Shown: in pieces, positions 9,152 to 18,940 of the stretch
How the letters are laid out: each line of letters starts with the position of its first letter
How positions within the stretch are numbered: the stretch's first letter is position 1
Source: Kiritimatiellia bacterium
GTDB lineage: Bacteria > Verrucomicrobiota > Kiritimatiellia > JAAZAB01
NCBI GenBank assembly: GCA_040767085.1
Contig: JAXGPF010000007.1
Span: 192,001-256,000 of the forward strand
Reading direction: 5' to 3'
DNA: 64,000 nucleotides
Notes under the pieces: model-generated
Databases searched by the model: none
The model's input: the letters and a program-made list of their open reading frames with translations, nothing else
What the model was told of the DNA's origin: nothing
Translations under genes and position numbers: made by a program

Positions 9152-10813
9152 TTACCGCACGGTCATTATCGTGCCGGAATACATCCACTTGCCGGCGCCG
9201 CTATCCCAACCATCATAGGCGCCGCCCTGCCATACGTCGCTCTGTGAGGCGCAGTTGTCATAAGTGATCCCGGAAGGCGCCGTACGCACAGCGCGTCCGC
9301 CGTAGTCTTCCCTGCGAGTCGAGTCCCAGTAGGCGGTAAGCTCGCGGGACGAAACGCGCGTCCGCGTTGTGGCGCTGCCCCATCCTCCAGCGCGAGATCC
9401 CATGCCGTATGTGTCGGCGTTGGGCCAGTCCGGCAGATCCGAGTGGCCGTTGATATCCAAATTTCCATCGCCATGCGAACCCGTGAATTTCCGGCCGTTG
9501 GGGTGCCCAACCGTCAATGCGCGTTCAAAAACATTGCCGCTGAGTTCCATGATCCCCCAGTAACTGGCGCCCGCGCTTATACGGCTGGCGCCCGGCTTGG
9601 CCGCAAAAATACCCGCGCGCAAAACCCCGCCGGGGCCTGCCGTTCCCGTAATATTCAGATTGCCGTTCGTGTAATATTCGAATCCCGATCCGTCGTCGCC
9701 GACAAGCCCTGACATGTCGGTGGAGGTGGTTGTGCCATGCGCGTACTCGTCCGCCAGCGGCGCCTGCAGCCCGCGGCAGGCTTTTTCAAATTCCAGTTCC
9801 GTCATCGGCCGCAACGCCATCCAGTCCAGGATGGCGCATAGATCCGCCATGGAAATATAGTTGCAGGCGCGGTTGGGAGTGGCTGTTGCATATACACGGG
9901 GATACGGATCGCCTGGATCTGCGATCAATTGCACTGTGTTGCGGGCTTTGATCGTCGCACTGCCGCCCACGGTGTCAGCCATGTAGTAGTTCAGGTTGGT
10001 TGCGGTGCAGCGCATCCCCTGCTGGCGGCGGGTTAGCGTATTGAGGAAATCGGCGTATTGTCCCTGCGTGATCTCGTATTTCATGCAATAGAATGCCGCG
10101 TAACCCTTGGGAAAAGCGGCCGGGAGATTCGTGCTGACGGTATCGTTGAAATCGTCCCGTCTGGACGCGTTCATGCCTGTCGCATTATTGTTCCCGAGAC
10201 TGCCGGGCGCGCCGCCGCCGAGGGTGATTTCGTATGCCTCGTTGGTGATCGCAAACGGCAAACCGCTGGTGTCCGCCTCGAATTGGCCGTGCAGCGTGGC
10301 GCTGGTGCCGTCGCCCACGGTATTCGTCCCCTCCGCCACAAACACCATCTCCACGCCATATGCCTGCCACTCGGCATTCTGGACGTTTTCCATGCCGTTG
10401 GATGCAAAATTCCATACCGCCCTGACGTGCCGCGCGGCCGTGGTGCCGCTTCCATGCCCCGCGCGGCGTACGAATAGACCGCTCCGGTCTTCCGGGACGA
10501 TCAATTCGACCGGCGTCCCTGACCCGGCGGCGTAACCGTCGGGGTTGACTCCCGTGCCCTCCAGGATGACGTGCTGCCAGTTTGTCAGCGGAGCAGGCCG
10601 CACCTTGAAGAACACCCAAGCCGCGTCATGGTTGAAGTTCGTGTCGCGCCATGAATTTTCCCAGGCAATGTCGAAATGAATATAGACCGTGCTGCTGTCC
10701 CGTGCGGTCGCCTTCACGTTGGATATTTGCAGGTTATTCGCCTGAATATTGCCCGCTGCCAGCAAGCAGAGGGCCGCCGCACCCAGTCTCTGGAACCATG
10801 CTTGTTTGCGCAT
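9152..10813 (-). CDS. secreted formylglycine-generating-enzyme (SUMF1/EgtB/PvdO) fold protein
   Basis: Signal peptide MRKQAW...IQA; FYCMKYEITQGQY, LRPMTELEFEKACRG, WGIMELSGNVFE, GGRAVR; alternative start 10852. Confidence 0.85.
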   Translation of the reverse strand: MRKQAWFQRLGAAALCLLAAGNIQANNLQISNVKATARDSSTVYIHFDIAWENSWRDTNFNHDAAWVFFKVRPAPLTNWQHVILEGTGVNPDGYAAGSGTPVELIVPEDRSGLFVRRAGHGSGTTAARHVRAVWNFASNGMENVQNAEWQAYGVEMVFVAEGTNTVGDGTSATLHGQFEADTSGLPFAITNEAYEITLGGGAPGSLGNNNATGMNASRRDDFNDTVSTNLPAAFPKGYAAFYCMKYEITQGQYADFLNTLTRRQQGMRCTATNLNYYMADTVGGSATIKARNTVQLIADPGDPYPRVYATATPNRACNYISMADLCAILDWMALRPMTELEFEKACRGLQAPLADEYAHGTTTSTDMSGLVGDDGSGFEYYTNGNLNITGTAGPGGVLRAGIFAAKPGASRISAGASYWGIMELSGNVFERALTVGHPNGRKFTGSHGDGNLDINGHSDLPDWPNADTYGMGSRAGGWGSATTRTRVSSRELTAYWDSTRREDYGGRAVRTAPSGITYDNCASQSDVWQGGAYDGWDSGAGKWMYSGTIMTVR

Positions 10814-10901
10814 CTTGGCACCGCCTTTCCTGGTTTTTGTGACTTGCGACATAACGTATGGCTGTTATTGATTTAACACCCAAAATATATATAAATAATG
10901 C

Positions 10902-12287
10902 TGTTCGTAACAAGTCAAGTGTCCGCTTTTTGTAACAAGTGATCTGTCCGATTTGTTATTGTGTGTTGTTGCTCCTGGGGTGAGGATTTTCCTCCCCCGC
11001 GGGGGAGGAAAAAGTTTATGCGACGTCCTCCAGCGACGCCGAAATGTTCAACGGTCCTTGGTAGCGGCCAACCACATGCGGGCCATAACGGATGGACACC
11101 GTGCCATCGAGGTGCTCGCAGACTTTAACCCGGCACTTGGCGAAGCTGAAACGCCATTTTGATGGTCCAATCTGCAAGCGGCGACTCCCGACAGCCACGG
11201 TATTGTCATTTTGAACCTCTCGCGCATGCTGCACACAGAAAATGCTGTCCAAATCCTGCTCACCGCAAGGCACGAAACACGTTCCTGTTTCCCGCGCCTT
11301 CACCTTCATGTTGCGATTGAAGGAAGGCAGAAACTGTTGTTGAATATAGACGTTGGCCTCGGCCATCGTCCGGATTCCCGCCTGCCTTAATTCCTGCGGC
11401 AGGCGCCCTTGCCAGGTCTTAAACATCCGCTCTATTCGCCCACGTCCCTGGGGGCTATAGCTCGGAATATGTTCGATCCCCAACTGTTGCAACGCCCGTC
11501 CAATTTGCGTCAATTGACGCCGGTCCACCGCCCCGCCTTCTTTGGGCGTATAAAAGAAATGACTGCCACGATCCGTGTACAGACTGCAGAAAACCCCATG
11601 TTTAATAATGACTTCTTTCAACCCCTTCATCACCGTTAATGTCCCTTCCTGGGGCACAAGATAGGCCGTGTAGACTTCGCTGGTGGCATCGTCCATCACC
11701 AGGATCAGATCCTGCTTCTGGCCCGCCAGCAGGGGCAACCAGGCATGGGTGCTGCCATCCACCATCAACATCATCCCCGCCATTGGTCGCCGTTCCCGCT
11801 GCTGCCGATGCGGCCCTCGTTTCCGGGCCTTCGCCACCAACCCGGCCGTCTGCAAGGCGCTCTTGACCCACTGATAACTGAGCTCGATCCCATGCTCCGC
11901 CTGCAGCTTCTCGTGAAAATGCCTCACATTGAAATCCATGTATTCTTCTCGGTACAACCTCAGCACCTGCTTCACCGTCGCAAGGGGCACGCGCCGCGGC
12001 CCCGGTATCTTCCGCCGACGATCCAGCAGCCCGTCGTAACCATACCGCTCGTAGCGCCCTTTCCAGCGCCGCATGGTCCGGTAGCTCACACCTAGTATCT
12101 CCGCCGCCTCCCACCACATTAACCGCCCTTCAATCGCACGCAAGATCACTTCCTGTACCTTCATTGCCCGCTCCAGTGCTGCCTTCGGATATTCATCCAT
12201 ATAACCCCCCTTTGAATGCACCATCCTGACAGCTTTAAGCGGACAAATCATTTGTTAATTATGCGGCCAAGTCATTTGTTTACGACA
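10902..12287 (-). mobile_element. IS1202-like (ISNCY) insertion sequence with 17-bp target duplication
   Basis: Ends TGT...ACA with imperfect IRs and repeated AACAAnTGAnnTGTCCG subterminal motifs; identical ATATATATAAATAATGC at 10885-10901 and 12288-12304. Confidence 0.9.
11016..12200 (-). CDS. IS1202/ISNCY-family DDE transposase
   Basis: N-terminal HTH, MVDGSTHAW, DDATS, YTDRGS, SPQGRGRIER; purine-rich RBS before ATG 12200. Confidence 0.92.
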   Translation of the reverse strand: MDEYPKAALERAMKVQEVILRAIEGRLMWWEAAEILGVSYRTMRRWKGRYERYGYDGLLDRRRKIPGPRRVPLATVKQVLRLYREEYMDFNVRHFHEKLQAEHGIELSYQWVKSALQTAGLVAKARKRGPHRQQRERRPMAGMMLMVDGSTHAWLPLLAGQKQDLILVMDDATSEVYTAYLVPQEGTLTVMKGLKEVIIKHGVFCSLYTDRGSHFFYTPKEGGAVDRRQLTQIGRALQQLGIEHIPSYSPQGRGRIERMFKTWQGRLPQELRQAGIRTMAEANVYIQQQFLPSFNRNMKVKARETGTCFVPCGEQDLDSIFCVQHAREVQNDNTVAVGSRRLQIGPSKWRFSFAKCRVKVCEHLDGTVSIRYGPHVVGRYQGPLNISASLEDVA

Positions 12288-12384
12288 ATATATATAAATA
12301 ATGCTTGTTTTTTCCAGATTAAACGGTTATTGAAAATATGCAATTAATTATGTTTTTTACGCATACGCCAGTTGCCGGTGCAAG

Positions 12385-13284
12385 ATGTCAAACCGACACC
12401 CGATGCAAAAAACGATGCGCCTGCTGGACTGGTCCAGTCTTCAGGCCTATCTGATCTGGGCTTATGTCGGGTTGCCGGGGGGCAGCGGCATAATCCAAAA
12501 CCAGGATGATTTTCGCGCCTGGCTGTTGCGAAAGGGACAGGTGCGCGTTACCGTCGGCCGGCAAAATACCGTGGCAACGGTAGGACAATGGATCATTCCG
12601 GCGCATGGAACGCTGCACTATGAATTCTCACCGGACGCCCGCGTCATTTCGATTCGCTTCCGCGCCGCATGGCCGGACGGTCAACACCTGATTGACGCGC
12701 GATCCCACACGCTGCTGGACGCCCGGCGTTTTCCCGCGCTGGAAACAACCGCCAAAGCCATGGCGCGCATCGTGAGCACCCTTTTCCCCGCCACGGGGTC
12801 GCGCCTGTTGCGCGAATGCACGGACTACCATACCTATCTTGGACTGCAGCGGGGAATGACCGACTGGCTTGAGGCGCTCATCTCCGCCTTGGAACCGTCA
12901 GACAAGCTGGTCTTTCCGCCCGTGCAGGTGGTGGATGACCGCGTTCTGGCCGCCGCTCAGTGCATGGATCGCTTGCCGTTGGATCAGGAGCAGCCGATAA
13001 GCATGGCGGCTGAAAGCGCCGGGTTGAGCCTCAGCCAGCTTGACCGCCTGTTTGCGCGCCACCTGCGCTTAACGCCGCGCCGGTATTTCGATCAGAGACG
13101 TCTACGCCATGCGAGCGACATACTGGAACATACGAACCGCCCGATCAAAGAACTGGCCTATGAACTCGGGTTTTGCCACCCATCCGCCTTCACGGTCTGG
13201 TTCCAAAAACAAAAGGGATTTACACCGCGTGCTTACCGGATCCGGCTTAAAGCCCGGCATCCTGCCGCCGAACCGGCGGGATGA
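12385..13284 (+). CDS. AraC family transcriptional regulator
   Basis: C-terminal GLSLSQLDRLF...IKELAYELGFCHPSAFTVWFQKQKGFTPRAYR double HTH. Confidence 0.9.
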   Translation: MSNRHPMQKTMRLLDWSSLQAYLIWAYVGLPGGSGIIQNQDDFRAWLLRKGQVRVTVGRQNTVATVGQWIIPAHGTLHYEFSPDARVISIRFRAAWPDGQHLIDARSHTLLDARRFPALETTAKAMARIVSTLFPATGSRLLRECTDYHTYLGLQRGMTDWLEALISALEPSDKLVFPPVQVVDDRVLAAAQCMDRLPLDQEQPISMAAESAGLSLSQLDRLFARHLRLTPRRYFDQRRLRHASDILEHTNRPIKELAYELGFCHPSAFTVWFQKQKGFTPRAYRIRLKARHPAAEPAG

Positions 13285-13295
13285 TGCGAAGACGG

Positions 13296-14450
13296 TCAGG
13301 GCACATGCCAATCGGCGGGGCCAACCGCCACCGGCAGCCCCAGCCGGACGGATTGCAGGATTTTCAACGCCAGGCGCGTGACCGGCACAGCCGATTCCAC
13401 GCCGCAGGGATTCTCACCATGGCCTTCGAGGTGGGCCAGGAACCGGTCCAGGTGCCGGGCATGGCCCTTGTCCACGTTCAGCCAGCGCGCCGGCCGGTTT
13501 GCGGCGGCGGCGGCGGCGCGTTCCTGTTGCAGGCTCTGCATGTAACCGGCCATGCCCGCCCCCGCCGCCCATTCGCAGCCGGCGGCATACGGAAACGTTT
13601 TCAAGCAGGCTTCATCCGCCAGGCCGCATTGGCGCACCTCGAGATGCTGGTCCATCGCGATGGTCGTGTTGCGGCAAGTAGCTTCCAGCAATTCCTTGGG
13701 ATAATCGAAATGGCCGACCATGGTATGCTGCAGCGTGGTCAGCGAGCCGTCGTCGAACCGGATGACGATGGCGAAATTGCCGCGGGGCGAGCCTTCCGCA
13801 AACACCCGCGCGGGATGGCCGGGATTGAACCACAGCGCCAGGTCAATGAAATGCACCATCTCCGCGAAAATAATGCCGGCTTCATCCCTGAAAATCCAGT
13901 CTTTCCAACTGCGCGCGTCATCGTTGATCCGCATCAGCAGTTGCAGCCCGGCCTCTTCGGGTATCCGGTCGCGGCGGGGATTGCGATCGACGGTCGGACG
14001 GGCGCCGTCGGTAACGCGCGCCTTGTCCAGCAAGCGCTTGACTTCCAGGATGGCCGGGCTGGAACGCCGGTTATGGCCGACGCATACCGGCACGCCGGTG
14101 CGGCGCGCCGCCCGCGCAATTTCCAGCATCTCGGGAATTTCCCCGGCCAGGGGCTTCTCGGTGTAAACCGGCTTGCCGGCCTCCAGCGCCGGCAGGATGA
14201 AGCCGCCGCGCAAGTTGGTATGCGTGGCCAGGATGCACAGGTCCACATCGGGCGCCGCGATGACCTTGCGCCAATCGGTTTCCGCGCGGCGCGCACCGAA
14301 TTGCGCGCGGCATTGCGCGGCGTTTTCAGCGTCAAGATCGCAGGTTGCGATCAATTCCACGCGCGGATTGGCCGCACAATTCGGCAGATGCACCAGTTTC
14401 GCCAGCGCGCCGCAGCCCACTACCGCCACCCGGTGTTTTTTGCTTTTCAT
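13296..14450 (-). CDS. Gfo/Idh/MocA family oxidoreductase
   Basis: VAVVGCGALA, AGKPVYTEKP, VGHNRR, EMVHFID motifs; start placed at MKSKK. Confidence 0.9.
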   Translation of the reverse strand: MKSKKHRVAVVGCGALAKLVHLPNCAANPRVELIATCDLDAENAAQCRAQFGARRAETDWRKVIAAPDVDLCILATHTNLRGGFILPALEAGKPVYTEKPLAGEIPEMLEIARAARRTGVPVCVGHNRRSSPAILEVKRLLDKARVTDGARPTVDRNPRRDRIPEEAGLQLLMRINDDARSWKDWIFRDEAGIIFAEMVHFIDLALWFNPGHPARVFAEGSPRGNFAIVIRFDDGSLTTLQHTMVGHFDYPKELLEATCRNTTIAMDQHLEVRQCGLADEACLKTFPYAAGCEWAAGAGMAGYMQSLQQERAAAAAANRPARWLNVDKGHARHLDRFLAHLEGHGENPCGVESAVPVTRLALKILQSVRLGLPVAVGPADWHVP

Positions 14451-14936
14451 AAATTGACTGGAGCGCATCCAGCGCTCGATATGTCCCGGCAATAACGCCA
14501 CCGCCAATGTTCCGCCCCGTGGCAGATAAATCACCCAACCGCGACAAACAGTATTCCGGGATGAGAAAAAGTCAAATTATTTTCTATATACCGGAATTTT
14601 GCACCGCGCATGTTTGGCGCACGGCGCGGCGCAAGGGTTGCCGCTGTATAAGGATATCCCGCCAATCGGGACCCCGAGCAACAAAGCCCGCCGCCAAAAA
14701 CTTGTCCGCCATAGCCGGACGACGGCGGATCGCACGGCCGGCGGCCGGAGGATATGGGCATTTCCGGAAATCATGCTAGTATAACCACATGGTTGACAAC
14801 CAATAACCGTGCAATATCCAGAAAAATCATTGCAACAATAATTTTCTTGAAAAATTCAGGCGCCTGCCGCCATAATTGACAGCCACAGCCATCTGACCGC
14901 GCAACCGGCGATGATACGACGGCTGATGGGGCAAGC

Positions 14937-15030
14937 ATGACATGTATCGGCATGGTTAACATAGACACATCCCACCCGGAAGTTTTCGGTGAATACCAGG
15001 CACGAACAGGCCGGGCGCGTCTCACGCGCC
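14937..15030 (+). pseudogene. 5' remnant of a Gfo/Idh/MocA-type gene
   Basis: MTCIGMVNIDTSHPEVFGEYQARTGRAR resembles the IG..DTSH..F N-terminus; no continuation. Confidence 0.45.
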
Positions 15031-15102
15031 GCGGGCGGACACCCCGCGCATATCAGAGAATTAACCGGCGGCAGCGGCCCGGCAAAATTTATCTTTAAAT
15101 AT

Positions 15103-16890
15103 ATGATTTCCATCGAGCAAAAAGTCAGGCAATCAACCACCCGCGGGAACGGGACCGCCGTTACCGATGTCAGCGCAATATTACGCCGCGGCCTCGATCA
15201 TGCCGAACGCATTGTGCGAAATGCCGTCAACTGGCAGGATCAAAACGGACGGATTATTGATCCCTACGAACAAAAGGAAACCAACACCGTCACCGCGCGT
15301 TTCCTCGGCGCGCTGGGATTGCAGATTCAACATGGCCGGTGCCTGGATTTGATTCCATCCTGTGCCGCGGCGCTTACGCCCGCGCTGGAGGATTTATTTC
15401 ACAAACGCGCCAGGGATTGGGGTGAATTTATTGTCAAAGAGGCTTTCATGGCCTATATTGCCTTGAAAGGGAAGGTGCCGCGGGCTCAGTACGACCAATG
15501 GACGCATCTGTTGGCCGATTACGATCCCGAAACGACCTATGGACATACCTGGACAAACACACCCGACCCGGCAGCGATGCACAATTACGTCACCTTCGGC
15601 ATTGCCGGGGAGGCATTGAAAAAGAAGTTCGGCTTGGCGGATCATACCGCCTTCATGGACAAATACATAGCGCAGCAACTTGACCGTTGCGATGAAAACG
15701 GCATGTATAATGATCCGCACTCGCCCCTGGTTTACGATGTCACGCCGCGGATGAACCTCAGCATCGCCATGTGGGCCGGGTATGATGGAACGCAACATGA
15801 AAACTTGAGCGAAACACTGAAACGCGGCGGCCTGTCCCAACTGCTGTATCAATCTTCCACCGGCGAGTTCCCATTTGGCGGCCGCAGCAATCAGCAGAAT
15901 TTCGTGGAAGTGTCTTTCGCGATCGTGTGCCTGTTCGAGGCGCGGCGCTGGGCCGGCATGGGCGATATGCTCATGGCCGGCGCATTCATGCGCGCCGCCG
16001 GCCTGGCCTTGCGCGCGATCGAAAAATACCTGCGCCATTCACCCATATATTTCAACAAGAACCTGTTTCCACCGGAAACACAGCATGGCCGGCAGCGCAG
16101 CTACGGGTTTTACGGCGCTTATTCCTTGCTGATCGCCAGCCAGATCGGTTTCGCCAGCCTGATGGCCGACGAGACGATTGCGTCAATGGCATGTCCCGCA
16201 GAACGCGGCGGCTACGTGTTCATACCCACAGCCTCCTTCCACAAGATATTCGCCAACTGCGGCGGGACGCATCTTGAAATTGACACAAATGCTGATTTCA
16301 AATACGACGCCACGGGGCTGGGACGCGTCCATTTCCGCGGGTGTCCGGCGGAACTTTGCCTATCCTCACCTATTACCGCGACGCCGGGATATTTAACCTG
16401 TGTGCCGCCCGCCCCGGAAAATATCGTCATCGGGCCGGGCCGGCAGGGACATTGGCTGGCCGGGTGGAATGGTGAACAATTGCGGACGACCGTCCGCGTA
16501 ACGGCGGCAACCCCGGAGCGCGTGGCGTTCAGCGTGGAATATGAACATGCCGGCGACGTGATTTGCGAGTCGTATGAATTATTGCCCGGCGCCTTAAATC
16601 TGCAAATTGATCAGCAAACGGATTTGCCGCTTGAATTCCGCATGCCGTTGCTGAAGACCGATGGCGCCGAAATCGCCGAAACCACGGCGCTGGCCCATGG
16701 CTTTGAAGTGGTTTACAGGGGATGCGTCTGTAAAATAGAGTGCCTTACGCCCGACACAAACATCCGCCTGGAAGAATTCGAGGCGCCCAATCGCAACGGG
16801 ATTTACAATGTCGCCAGGTTTTCCACCGCCGGCCGCCGCCTGCAATTCCATATCTCCGCGCGTCAACTGCGGCCGGTTCAGCAGGCATGA
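15103..16890 (+). CDS. hypothetical protein, possibly alpha/alpha-toroid glycan-lyase-like
   Basis: Long ORF with coherent composition; helical N-part with YD..PR and GGRSNQ motifs, beta-rich C-part; function not recognised. Confidence 0.7.
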   Translation: MISIEQKVRQSTTRGNGTAVTDVSAILRRGLDHAERIVRNAVNWQDQNGRIIDPYEQKETNTVTARFLGALGLQIQHGRCLDLIPSCAAALTPALEDLFHKRARDWGEFIVKEAFMAYIALKGKVPRAQYDQWTHLLADYDPETTYGHTWTNTPDPAAMHNYVTFGIAGEALKKKFGLADHTAFMDKYIAQQLDRCDENGMYNDPHSPLVYDVTPRMNLSIAMWAGYDGTQHENLSETLKRGGLSQLLYQSSTGEFPFGGRSNQQNFVEVSFAIVCLFEARRWAGMGDMLMAGAFMRAAGLALRAIEKYLRHSPIYFNKNLFPPETQHGRQRSYGFYGAYSLLIASQIGFASLMADETIASMACPAERGGYVFIPTASFHKIFANCGGTHLEIDTNADFKYDATGLGRVHFRGCPAELCLSSPITATPGYLTCVPPAPENIVIGPGRQGHWLAGWNGEQLRTTVRVTAATPERVAFSVEYEHAGDVICESYELLPGALNLQIDQQTDLPLEFRMPLLKTDGAEIAETTALAHGFEVVYRGCVCKIECLTPDTNIRLEEFEAPNRNGIYNVARFSTAGRRLQFHISARQLRPVQQA

Positions 16891-17082
16891 GCATGGCAGG
16901 CGCCATGCTTCCTGCCTGGCCACAATTCAAGCAAAAGGCGGGACAGTCGCATCCGTGCAACTAACACCATGCGGGGCGGACTGTTCAGTGTTCTTGTCCT
17001 GACCGGCAGTTGATGTAATTTACCGGCCGGATTGTTGCGCGAAAAAAAGCCATCTTCACAACCATTCCCCGGAGATCGCGCA

Positions 17083-17249
17083 ATGCCCCGGCATGAAACC
17101 ATCAAACGTGCGCTGGCATTCGAGCCGGGTGGCCGAATATCCTGTAATGTCGATTTTATCCAGGACAGATTCTGGCGCCGGCGCACGCCATCCAGCGCGA
17201 TGTTCCTGTTGAAAACGTGCTGGCGTTGATTAATGCGGCGCGCGGGTAA
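17083..17249 (+). pseudogene. internally deleted uroporphyrinogen-decarboxylase/MtaA-CmuA family gene
   Basis: Starts MPRHETIKRALAFEPGGRI (family N-terminus) and ends in another frame ILAPAHAIQRDVPVENVLALINAARG* (family C-terminus). Confidence 0.65.
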
Positions 17250-17344
17250 CCTGCGCCATCACATGGACCCGGATCGCGCCGGGCGACGGCGCCCGACATG
17301 CGTTTGCGCTAGCAAAGCGCCCGGCTATTGGCCCGGAAATCTGT

Positions 17345-17373
17345 TTGACAAACACGGTTATGGCGCATAACTT
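17345..17373 (+). promoter_or_regulatory. candidate sigma70 promoter for aldehyde dehydrogenase
   Basis: TTGACA-17 nt-TAACTT upstream of ATG 17459. Confidence 0.4.
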
Positions 17374-17458
17374 ACCCGGCAGTCATGATCGTTAAAAGTC
17401 CGCCGGCCGGCAAATTATAATTTGCCGGATTCCAGGCCGTAACAGACCAGGAGCGCAT

Positions 17459-18916
17459 ATGCCGCAGAATCCCCCAAAAGACCAGGTTGCCCCCGAACAG
17501 GCAGCGGCCAATGCTGTAATGGAAAAGGCCCTGCTGGCGGCCGCCGAGTTCAATCAACTGGATCAGGCGGCCACCGATCGCATCGTCGAGGCGGTCTTCA
17601 AGGCCGCCTTTGACGCCCGGGTCAGCCTGGCCAAAATGGCGTTTGAAGAGACCAAGCTGGGCATCTGGAAGCACAAAGTCTTGAAAAACGTGCTGGCCAG
17701 CAAGCTCGTTTACAACGACATCCGTTACGAAAAGACCGTCGGCATCCTCTCCCATGACGACCGGTCCGGGATCACCGAAATCGCCCAGCCGCTGGGCCCG
17801 ATTTTCGCCATCACGCCCATGACTAACCCGACATCCACGGTGATCTTCAAAATCCTGATCTGCCTGAAATCCCGCAACCCGGTCATCATCAGCCCGCACC
17901 GCCGCGCGGCCAAGTGCTCGGGCGAAGCCGCCCGCATCTGCTACGAGGCCGCCCTGGCGGCCGGCGCCCCGGAAGATTGCGTGCAATGGCTCTCCGGCGG
18001 CTCGCGCGAGCTGACCCGCGCGTTCATGACCCACCCCAACCTGGCGTTGATCCTGGCCACGGGCGGCACCGGCCTGGTCTCAGCCGCCTACAGTTCCGGC
18101 ACTCCCGCCATTGGCGTCGGCCCGGGCAACGTGCCGGTGTTGATTGACAAGTCCGCGGATTTTCCCTTTGCCGTTTCCAGCATCATCATTTCCAAGACTT
18201 TCGACAACGGCACAGTCTGCGCCAGCGAGCAGGCCATCGTCGTGGAACAGGCCATCGCGGCGGAAGTCCGCGCCGAATGCGAACGGCAGAAATGCCATTT
18301 CCTGAATGCCGCGGAAATCAAGCAAGTCGAACGGGTGGCCATCGATCCCAGGACCGGCGGCATGAGCGCCGATATTGTCGGCCAGTCGGCCATGGAAATC
18401 GGGAGGCGGGCCGGCATCAACCTGCCGCCGGATACCCAGATCATCATGGCGCCGCTCAGCCGGGTGGGCGCTGACGAGCCGTTGTCGGGCGAAGTGCTGG
18501 CGCCCATCCTGGCGTTTTATGTGGAAAAAAATTACACGGACGCCTGCAAGCGCTGCATCGCGCTCAATTACCGCGGCGGCGTCGGACATACCGCCAGCAT
18601 CTTCGCCAACGACGAGGCGCGCATCCTGGAATTCAGCGAGCTGATGAACGCCGGGCGCGTGGTGGTCAACACCCCCTCCTCCCAGGGCGGCGTGGGCGGC
18701 TTGTTCAACACGCTCCTGACCAGTTTCACTTTGGGCTGCGGCAGCGGCGGCAAAAACATCACCACGGAAAACATTTCCGCGCGCCACCTGATCAACATTA
18801 AAAAACTCTGCCGGCGCCGGCCGCATCCGCGCTGGGGTTTCTTCGATCTGAACAAGTATTACGATGAAACCCAGACGGCGGACACACTCTACGCCGAATT
18901 CAACCGCAACTTTTAA
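17459..18916 (+). CDS. CoA-acylating aldehyde dehydrogenase (AdhE N-terminal/EutE-like, stand-alone)
   Basis: TPMTNPTST, ILATGG, GVGPGNVP, SKTFDNGTVCASEQ, FTLGCGSGGKNITTEN; no ADH domain. Confidence 0.92.
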   Translation: MPQNPPKDQVAPEQAAANAVMEKALLAAAEFNQLDQAATDRIVEAVFKAAFDARVSLAKMAFEETKLGIWKHKVLKNVLASKLVYNDIRYEKTVGILSHDDRSGITEIAQPLGPIFAITPMTNPTSTVIFKILICLKSRNPVIISPHRRAAKCSGEAARICYEAALAAGAPEDCVQWLSGGSRELTRAFMTHPNLALILATGGTGLVSAAYSSGTPAIGVGPGNVPVLIDKSADFPFAVSSIIISKTFDNGTVCASEQAIVVEQAIAAEVRAECERQKCHFLNAAEIKQVERVAIDPRTGGMSADIVGQSAMEIGRRAGINLPPDTQIIMAPLSRVGADEPLSGEVLAPILAFYVEKNYTDACKRCIALNYRGGVGHTASIFANDEARILEFSELMNAGRVVVNTPSSQGGVGGLFNTLLTSFTLGCGSGGKNITTENISARHLINIKKLCRRRPHPRWGFFDLNKYYDETQTADTLYAEFNRNF

Positions 18917-18940
18917 TCGCGCGCCAACCAAGGAAAGATC

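Noticed and set aside
9152-9500. FGE/C-type-lectin C-terminus as a diversity-generating retroelement variable region
   Set aside because: No reverse transcriptase and no template repeat differing at adenines seen in the window; a remote DGR cannot be excluded
16890-16909. Hairpin AGCATGGC/GCCATGCT as terminator
   Set aside because: No U-tract; too weak to call
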